From assembly GCF_006345805.1 (NCBI RefSeq), contig NC_043000.1:144460001-144524000 (forward strand): 64,000 bases of DNA. The letters run 5' to 3'. This document shows positions 55,321 through 64,000 of this stretch, one piece after another (the first letter of the stretch is position 1; every line of letters starts with the position of its first letter). Made by a program: the position numbers and the translations under genes. Under the pieces are notes generated by a model, which did no database searches, was not told where the DNA came from, and was given only the letters and a program-made list of their open reading frames with translations. This stretch comes from Octopus sinensis (Eukaryota).

Positions 55321-57519
55321 TTAATGGAGAACTGAACGCATTCTTAAAGAAAATGAAGAAGCACATGACCAAAAGACAGAATTATGAAGAATTAATTGGC
55401 CCTTTAATGAGACAGATCGGGAATGTTGGATATCAAGAATGATGCTTGTGGCCGAAAGCTATAAATTAGACATGACAAACTGAATTGCCAATTATAACCA
55501 TTCAGGGACAAACCATATGAACGAATTCGATATTGACAAACATTTGTCGTTGAAAGTTTTTAAAATCTCAGACGGATGTCAAGCTCTGCTTGATTAGGAA
55601 CTTGAACGAAAGCAATAACTATCTGCTATGTAAATGGGGCATGTTAGTAAAGAGTGAGATGTAATGTAAGTATATTTTCCAATAAAATGGTGCGATAGAA
55701 TTCTAGACAAATTTGTTATTTAATGTGGATTATATTCAAATTTCACAGAATTGCTCCGTGGAGAGTGACCATATTGTTGAAGCAAGCTGCCTAGATATCA
55801 TCACGAAAGGCAGTAAGAGCAATCGTTTTAAACACAACGTAGAGATTATATGTGAAATCAGCCACGAGTTCTATAATTAAGAGCAGATAATGAAATATCT
55901 GAAGTCATAAAGAAGCACTGTGGGTCAAACACGAAACCTAGAGGACCCAAAGCATTTGCTCACGCCCGTGTTTACCAGGTTCATGGTGAGAGATGTTTGC
56001 GCTGGTGAAGACATACGCATCGTATTCCTTAAACCACCATTAAATATATTCAATTTCACTTCACCTTCAGCTCCCTCTCGGAAATCCTAGATTTAGTTGA
56101 GAACATGCATGAAGTTGAAAGCAATCATGTTCGTCCCCTCTGGAGAAAAAGCAGTAAGCAAATTTTCACAATCACCTCTGCTGTATGCTCTAGGGAACCG
56201 CCCAAATTGTTGAAGGAATTGTTCAAAGATAAAAGGGAAAAACGCATAATTATTAACAAAAATAATAGGCGGTTCTGAATTCAGTAAAATAGGAGCGTTC
56301 TGAAGAAATATAGAATATTATTTCTTTCATGATCCAATTCTTGTTCAGATGTTTTTTTCCATGTCAAGCTTCTTTTATTAAACATCTATATATGCTACGC
56401 ATTATGTTACGGATGTTTCGATTCAAGTAATTATGATTCTTCTTTTCCAAATGAAAAATTTCGTCAACTGATTTACAATTAAAGACTAATGAGAATATTA
56501 AAAATAAATTGCTAATCTTCAGTCGCTGTGGATCACATATTACAGTAATAAATTAGGATTACTCTTTTGCATTTTATATTTACGAAATTAGCGCCACCAT
56601 AAAGTTATTACAACTATAGGTTAATATATAACACAAATATATATTAATATAAAAAAATGGAAATTAATGAAAAAAGCAACAATTAAAATAATAGAGAATA
56701 TTTAATTCTAATCTTTAATAGTTCTGTTAAAGAATTAAATTAATTACATTAAAATACAATCAAATAAGGAAAATAATTATTTGAAAATTATTTAGATTTA
56801 TTGATAAATGCTTTTATTTCGATTATATTACTCATACGTTGAAATAATTATAAATGATATATTCTCGAACGAACGGGTCGTTTCTATCCAAGAAGAATGA
56901 AATATAGATGGCAGTTAACAATTGAAACTATTGAATATTTGTAAAAGGGCATGTAATGAAGTAAATAATATGTAAATAGCAAAGTGCTAAAGAAGTCTCT
57001 ATATATGTGTCCGTATATGTGTATTTACTGCTTACATAATTTGTATACAAACATTCGTCACGTATAGTCAGAATGTTATTATTTTTTCTTCTTTCCTTTT
57101 CTTGTTTCTTTTTTCTCTTTTTTCTCTCTCTTCCTTTCTTTCGTTTTTTTCTCTCCCTATTCGTTACTTGTATAGAGCCCTGTAATTGTACGTTCCCCCC
57201 TCCCTTACTTACGTCTTTAGCTTTCTGTTGCAAACAAGAGCGCCCCTTTCCCATCCATGAATTTTGCTTATAGTCTATATGGATACAAGTGATTATTGCA
57301 TGCGAGCTAGATTGCGTATACATATGTGTACATGCATTTATGTGTATATTTTCGTTTTGCATTTATATGTATGTATATGTATGTGGTCTGCGCACATCTA
57401 TCTGTGTATGTTGATGTATATATATGTATAATAATAGTTTAGTATGAGTATGTACTGTTGTGAAATATTTTAATATATTTTAATATTTTAATTACCATTC
57501 ATTAAGGGTATTAACCCTT

Positions 57520-58680
57520 CGTATTTAACTACTTTTGCGAGTTCTTCAAATTCAAATTCTTCCCCAAAAAGATTTACCTCATCTCCGAATAGTTCTTTTA
57601 ATCTTCTATACCTTTCCTTCTCAGTCACGAACCTTTGATGCGTTCCGGGTAACTTACTGTTGACAGTTAAATTCTAATGGCACCTTTAAACTTCGTCATT
57701 TTCCGCTCTCTCTATGGCGGTGCTTTTCACATATGTTACCACATGTCACTTTTTCTTATTCCCATTTATTTGTTTATGGTCCGAACCCGGACACTTTGCT
57801 TCTATGTGCCCTCTCTGTTTACATAGAAAACATGGATGTCTTCCCTCCAACACTACTCTTAACGTAATCTCTTCTGGTGGAAGAATATCTACATTTCCGT
57901 GTAGGTCTTTTAACCCAAAATCAACCGCCATCTTTAGGCCGTAGCCCTGGCAATTAACTTTCTTCGTTCTTGTTATCTTCGGAGTCCTGGCAATTTCCCC
58001 CATTCCGTACATGACTGTTGTCACCACCCATGCCTCTTCGATCTCGGAGGGCACTCCCACTCTGGCAACACAGTACATCGGCATCAACACCCACTCTAGT
58101 GACCTTATTGGTTCAGTGGAGTACTTAATAAGGTCCTCCTTGCTGGAGAACCTAACCTCCACTGCGCCGAATTTTCTTCCACGCATATAGAAGGTGGTTA
58201 GTCCTTTCACGTCACGTAGACATTCCTCAATTGATGCTATTAGGACAAACTCTATTTTTTTTAGTAGCTGTTGACAACGTCCTGTAGACAACCGTTTTCC
58301 TTGCTACATTCTTCATCACTTTCTGGTGGGGTCGACTTTAAACTGGCCCCTTCCTTTTGTAACAATTTGCTTCCTTTGTGTCTATTTTTATCTCGCAAAT
58401 TTTAAGGGTGTTGGGCGGAATACCTGGTGTAGTTGCAGATGCATAACTTGCGTCACGCTCCATTTCACCTCCTTTCATCACTTCACCCATAACTGGGGAA
58501 GAAAAGAATCTCCAAAGCAGACAAAAACAGTGTCAAAATTCAACGATTTAACAATTCAACAATTTAACAAATCTTGGTTCACCTGCACAGGGAGACCTAT
58601 AACAATATATAATAACAGTGTGCAACAATTCAACTCGCGTTTTCAAGAATTATAGAGTTGTTCCACTTCCACACAACCCA
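57520..58680 (-). mobile_element. L1/Tx1-type ORF1 (gag-like, CCHC zinc knuckle) element without adjacent ORF2, copy 2
   Basis: ORF 57746..58291 with CFLCKQRGHIEAKC (CX2CX4HX4C); homologous by eye to 36906..37202. Confidence 0.7.
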
Positions 58681-59156
58681 AAAAAAAGGCAGTAATTATT
58701 TTGTTGCACGTTTGAAACGTCGAAACGTGCTACTATTCCAGTTCCATTTTTAATGTTAGTGTATCTGGAGACAAAATCACATGTCATCGTATATTCAAAA
58801 TGGCTCTGTTTTAGCGTCAAAGGCACAGCACAAGTTGCAGGAATATTTATAAACAAAACATTTAAACGCTAAGATTTGAAATAAAATGTTACTATTCTTA
58901 ATATCATCTGTAGATAAAAATGAAAGTTGATGGTATCAACAGTAGTAACATAGGTGGTTCGCAGACAAAAAAGGATTATTTAGCTTTAAATTGCAAATTA
59001 GCACGAAGCGTAAGGAGGCAAAAAAAACATCAACCTGTTAGAAATAAGAGCTAAACTCTTAATTAAACCACTGTAAAACTATGAGATAACAGAGAGGAAC
59101 AACAGGCGATGAAACGGAAAGAAGTAATACATTCAAAAAAGATTATGAAAGATTAT

Positions 59157-59351
59157 GCAGGTTAGGACATCTACATACGCGGGCTTCCGATTTTGGAAAT
59201 TTCATCCTTGAGTCACTCATCCTTAGACCTCCTAGTAAAATTTCAAAACCATCACGTTATATGCCGTTAGTGTACAAGTAATAGTACTGAAGAGGATCAA
59301 GGTTAACATTTCCAAAAACGGAAACCCGGGTATGTTGATGTCCTGAACTGC
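59157..59351. mobile_element. MITE-like element, 195 bp with 44 bp imperfect TIRs
   Basis: GCAGGTTAGGACATCTACATACGCGGGCTTCCGATTTTGGAAAT vs reverse complement of 59308-59351, about 6 mismatches; no clear TSD. Confidence 0.7.
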
Positions 59352-59523
59352 ACTGTCTTATATAGTTGTGCTTTTGAATATTTCCTCACCTACTGTTTTT
59401 GTTTTATATATGTGCTTTACGGTGGTTTAATTAAGACTTTACCTCTTAATTCTAGCAGGTTGATGCTTTTCTGCATGCTTAGGCTTCGTGCTAATTTGTA
59501 AATCATATATATATATATATATA

Positions 59524-60640
59524 CTAGGGACGTTCAATAAGTAATGCCCCTGACCCACTTGCAGTTGATTGATCTAGCTGAAATTTTGCATGTGCACTGA
59601 TTGATATCTCTATAGATTAAGTGGCAAATTACAGCTCTAACTAATTGTGGTTTCTGATTTACAGGTGTTTGAACTGAGTCAAGTGTGAAATGGAGCCTGT
59701 TGAGTGTCGAGCAATGATCCTGTTTTTGTATTTGAAAGGACGCACACCACGGAAGACTTTTGATGAAATGAAAGTAACTTATGGTGATGATGCCCCATCA
59801 TATGACCTTGTAAAACGCTGGCATCGTGAATTCAAACATGGTCGGAACTCTGTGGAAACAGCTCCCAGATCTGGTCGCTCCCCTTCTGCCATTGATGAGG
59901 CATCTGTCCGCCAAGTTGAGGCTGCCATTTTGGAAGATTGACGCATAACTATTCGCCAAATAGCCCATGAGGTCAAGATTAGTACCGGGTCAGTGGAAAC
60001 TATCATTCATGACCATTTGCATATGCAAAAGGTGTCTGCCAGGTGGATTTCCAAGTTGCTCACACCTTTCCAGAAGCAAGAACGCGTCGAGTGCTCGAGG
60101 ATGAATTTGGAGATGTGCCAAGAAGATGAGTCAAAATTTTTCAAAAGTCTGATTACACAGCATGAAACCTGGGTCCATCGCTATGATCCAGAGACCAAAG
60201 CCCAGTTAATGCAGTAGAAGCACCGTGACTCACCTCCTCCAATGAAGGCAAGGGTGCAGCCCTCCGCTGGCAAGGTCATGCTCACAGTCTTCTGGGACCA
60301 GGACGGAGTAGTGACGACATATTTTGTGGCAAAGGGTACCACAATTGCAGGAGCCTAATATGCTTCACTTTTGAGGAAATTAAGAGAAGCTATCAAAATC
60401 AAGAAGCGGGGTAAGATCAGCAAAGGCATCCTCCTCCTGCAAGACAACTCTCCGGTCCACAACTCGCGTGTCGCCAGATCAGAAGCACAGGCGTGCGGCT
60501 ATGAACTCCTCCCCCACCCCCTACTCTCCTGACCTTGCACCCTCTGGGTGGTTCCTATGTAGAAGAAGACTAATAATTGTGCCAGGTTTCGTTGCTCTAC
60601 TGCTATGGAAAGTGGGTCAGCGGCATTGAACTCCCCTGTG
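59524..60640 (+). mobile_element. mariner transposon with both TIRs, inactive, 3' part of transposase deleted
   Basis: TA-flanked ends; left AGGGACGTTCAATAAGTAATGCCCCTGACCCACTT, right (reverse complement) AGGGGAGTTCAAT-------GCCGCTGACCCACTT. Confidence 0.88.
59690..60546 (+). pseudogene. mariner D,D34D transposase pseudogene
   Basis: HTH (VKRWHREFKHGR..PRSGR), SARWISKLL, ITQHETWVHRYDPETK, GKVMLTVFWD, LLQDNSPVH, PHP-YSPDLAPS; three in-frame stops, a frameshift, first Asp replaced by His, third Asp lost. Confidence 0.92.
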
Positions 60641-60945
60641 TATATATATATATATGTACATACATACATACATACATACATACATACATACATACATACA
60701 TACAAGAAATTGCCTAAAATCTCCGAGAAGTTAAGGAGATAGACAAAGAACATTATTGCCTTTCCTTCCACTTTGAAGGAGTTGCGTGAAACGATCATAC
60801 TGCATTACCTCTGGATATACTTGTGGCATATTTTGATTTTGATCACCTTATTTTAAATCTGTATGGATAATACCGTACTAAATTCTGGTGCCTCAACTTA
60901 TGTACTGTATTCATCTGAATCTAAATTTTTTGCCGAACTCATATA

Positions 60946-60976
<31 letters not shown>

Positions 60977-61059
60977 GGTATAGAAACAAAATATACATTA
61001 TGTATGTATGAGTGGTATGTATGTATGCATGTATGTATGTATGTATGTATGTATATTCG

Positions 61060-61185
61060 ACGGCCCTCTCAGTTTCTGTCACATAAATACATTCTCGAGG
61101 CCTTTGTCGGCCGTGACTTCAGTAGATGACTGCAGTTGGTTGAACTAGGAACATGTGGTTCGGAAGCAAGCTTCTTACCACGCGC
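61060..61185 (-). mobile_element. SINE family A head, partial
   Basis: CAGTTTCTGTC...AGGCCTTTGTCGGCC...ATGTGGTTCGGAAGCAAGCTTCTTACCAC. Confidence 0.65.
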
Positions 61186-62537
61186 TACATATATGTATGT
61201 GTGCATGCATGTATGTTTGTGTGCATGTATGGATATTGTTAATTATTCTTAACTATAAGCTTATAGCTTCAATATACATACACAGACTGTTTTCGAAGAT
61301 GTTCTCGATGAACACTTCATCAGAGTTTATAGTATTCATGGTAGTAAGCAATGACACGAACTGGTGAACAACGTAAAAATCAACACCAATATTATATCTA
61401 AAACTGTTTACGGGCAAATATCAATAATAACAACGCATTTTATTCCAATCTTATTATTGACAATCACACCTTCGAGGTGTAAACGTTGTTATATTAAGTT
61501 TTAAATATTTGCTATCTTAAAATGTTACTTAGATTTCAGAAGAAGGAAAAAAAACTTGTCATTAACATCTACCAGTTCTGAAAGAAAAAAAAAATAGCGA
61601 GAACAATATGTCACTTCGTTTATTTTTCTATTTCTATATATTTCAATTCTCAATGAAAATACTCTAAAGTGAGATTGATTAGATGGTAATATAATGAAAG
61701 AAGTATTTCATGTTTTGTTTCAGAACAACGTGTTTCCTTTTCTTATATCATACACCGCTCAAGTTAAAAACAAAATGTAACAATTTATTTCATTTGTAAG
61801 TCTACAAGAAGATTCGGTTACAAAATAACTCTTTGTTTGAATACTAACGCAGATGTGTTGAATATTAACGACTGTGTTCTGGCATTCATTTCACGTCCTG
61901 TACATCTGAGTCTAGACTGAACCTAAGTTTCGAATTCTCACGGCGTTGGAACTTAAATGGGATGCGCATTGAGTAAAAAAAAAAAATGTTATTTATGTGC
62001 TACAATTTTTTGTTTACTATTGAATGTCTTAAGATATGCAAAGACTAATCCGTTGAGTTTTGATAAAGATTTATCAGGATTATGTCAATCACGAACAATG
62101 CAGTGCTACTAAACTGACAAGAGGCACATATTCAATGCATTGGCAATTATCTTATTGCTATTTGTCATCTGCTTCCATTGATATTTCTACTAATATAATT
62201 TTTGATTTGATTATCAGTCTGCAATGACATATTGACAATTAATACCGTTAAACATCCGTAAACCAAATATTTGAACAGTGCAGTTATCATTCTATCTCAC
62301 TGCATGAATGTCTTCTGCTTGATGGATTATAGCTTCATTAAGCTTCAAGTATATTACTGAATTTGAACAAAAAAATACAAATTCGATCTAGGCCTAACCA
62401 AATTGAAAACTCTTCATTGACGTATCTACAAATATATACACATGCGTGTGTGCGCGCCTGCATGTACGAGGTCTATAAATTAAATAATATTTTTTTTCAA
62501 TAAACACATTTAACTTATAATAATTCTGCTCATTAAT

Positions 62538-62720
62538 TCGGTGAGCTGGCAGAATCGTTAGCGGTGTTTCGTTTGTCTTTACGTTATGAGTTCAAATTCC
62601 GCCGAGGTCTACTTTGCCTTTCATCCGTCCGCGCTAGATAGATTAAGTACCAGTTGCGTTCTGAGGACAATGTAATCGATTGACCCACTCCCCCAAAATG
62701 TCTAGTTTAGAAAAGAATAA
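62538..62720 (+). mobile_element. SINE family B with internal deletion
   Basis: GGTGAGCTGGCAGAATCGTTAGC...GAGTTCAAATTCCGCCGAGGTC..TTTGCCTTTCATCC. Confidence 0.85.
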
Positions 62721-64000
62721 TTCTGATTGTTCTTCCGTTATATAGACCGGCAGTATCGCTTCCACGCGATTAGTTGAAGGGGAGAAGGACGAAAAGAGAA
62801 GGGGAGGAAGAAGAGAGAAGAGATATGAAGGAGAAGTTTTCAGAAGTAAGGCATTATGTTTACCATTACTTCCGCGAAATATTAATGAGTAGCGCTAGTT
62901 TAAAATTAAATTGCAAATCAACTCTGCCTCTTTGAAAGTAGTTTCCTTGGGAATCCACACAGCGATTAAAACGTTTCCACTCGTCACTGTAGTATTAGAA
63001 CTCAGAAACTGGAATGGTTTGAAGCTAGTCTGTTACAGCCATTTTTATGTTTCCCAGTATGCCAAAGGTTGCCCTTAGAGGCCGCAGGTTAGGCGTATAT
63101 GGGATTGAGGGACAAGAAGGGGGTACATTTTTATGCGAAAATCTCTGTAATCCAGAGTGCCATGTGACAAGATGCATTGCCGTGTTGCAGTATTCAGGTG
63201 CCTTTGATATTTAACCACACACTAGCGATCCATTTTCGCAGCCTTTCAAGAGCTTCACGGTAAAAATGCTGATTATCTGTCCTTGAGGTAGGAATTCATT
63301 ATTGACGATTCTATTTCTGTGAAAAGAGCAACAAAGCATGGGTTTTAGTTTTTATTTCTCGTTCTCGCTTTTTATCACTGCATTTAGTTTGCTGTGTGCC
63401 ACTCCAGACTTCGACGTTTTGCTTCAGGACCGTACTAAAAAGTCTATGAAATTATCCTGATACAATAAATAGGATGCACTGCAACACTTCATGTGTATAC
63501 GCATTTGTGTGGGTGCGTGTGTTCAAAAATATGTAGGTATTTATTTGTTTCTGCATCTATTTCTTTTTGTGCTTCCTATACATCCAGTCTATATAGCGTC
63601 TGACAGAACTCTGCTTCGCTCAAACTATAATGAAGTAGGAAACACCCTGTCTAACACTAAATGACTTTTCAACTTTTAGCAGATTCCACTCGTACTTATG
63701 GCTTCAGTGCTACAACAATTTCAAGATGATTTATAACCAGATTTTTCTACCATATCCGATGGAAATTTTAAAGTTTGACATGGTATAGGGTATCAACTGA
63801 AATCATTTGTTTATGGAAATTATCATGTGAAGTATTTTGCCGCTAATATGAAGATTCTCAGCATACGTAAATATACTCTCTTAAATGTAAATATACTCTC
63901 TTAAACAGTGTAAATAAATTTTACCACGAAAGCGAACACGAAATTTCCTTTGATTGTGTTTCTTATTTAATAATCCATATACATATTCAGACGCATTCCC

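Noticed and set aside
54854-55372. Mucin-like Pro/Thr-rich ORF (ANYAAATTTT repeats)
   Set aside because: It is the translation of compound trinucleotide repeats next to a SINE head; no splice or start context supports coding.
62465-62490. mariner-like end TACGAGGTCT
   Set aside because: No partner TIR or transposase sequence in the window.

Overview
AT-rich, microsatellite-dense eukaryotic DNA with no recognisable intact host gene, rRNA, tRNA gene or CRISPR. The SINE families and repeat landscape look like an octopus (coleoid cephalopod) genome; this is my recognition, not a database result. Nearly all of the supplied ORFs are translations of (TA)n/(CA)n/(AAT)n/(TAG)n tracts. The real content is mobile DNA: a young 5'-truncated Penelope-like element (intact GIY-YIG ORF) whose terminal repeat carries a minimal hammerhead ribozyme with a compensatory U3:A8 core, four R4/Dong-type LINE fragments, CR1-, RTE- and Tx1/L1-type RT fragments, two diverged gag-like ORF1-only elements, a deleted mariner with both TIRs, a Tc1-type MITE, three tRNA-derived SINE families (one amplified as a 5 x 184 bp array) and a 560 bp (ATT)n-associated element. 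There are unusually many copy-specific foldback (inverted) duplications, and a possible decayed kelch-repeat pseudogene. All coordinates were read by eye; degenerate boundaries are approximate.
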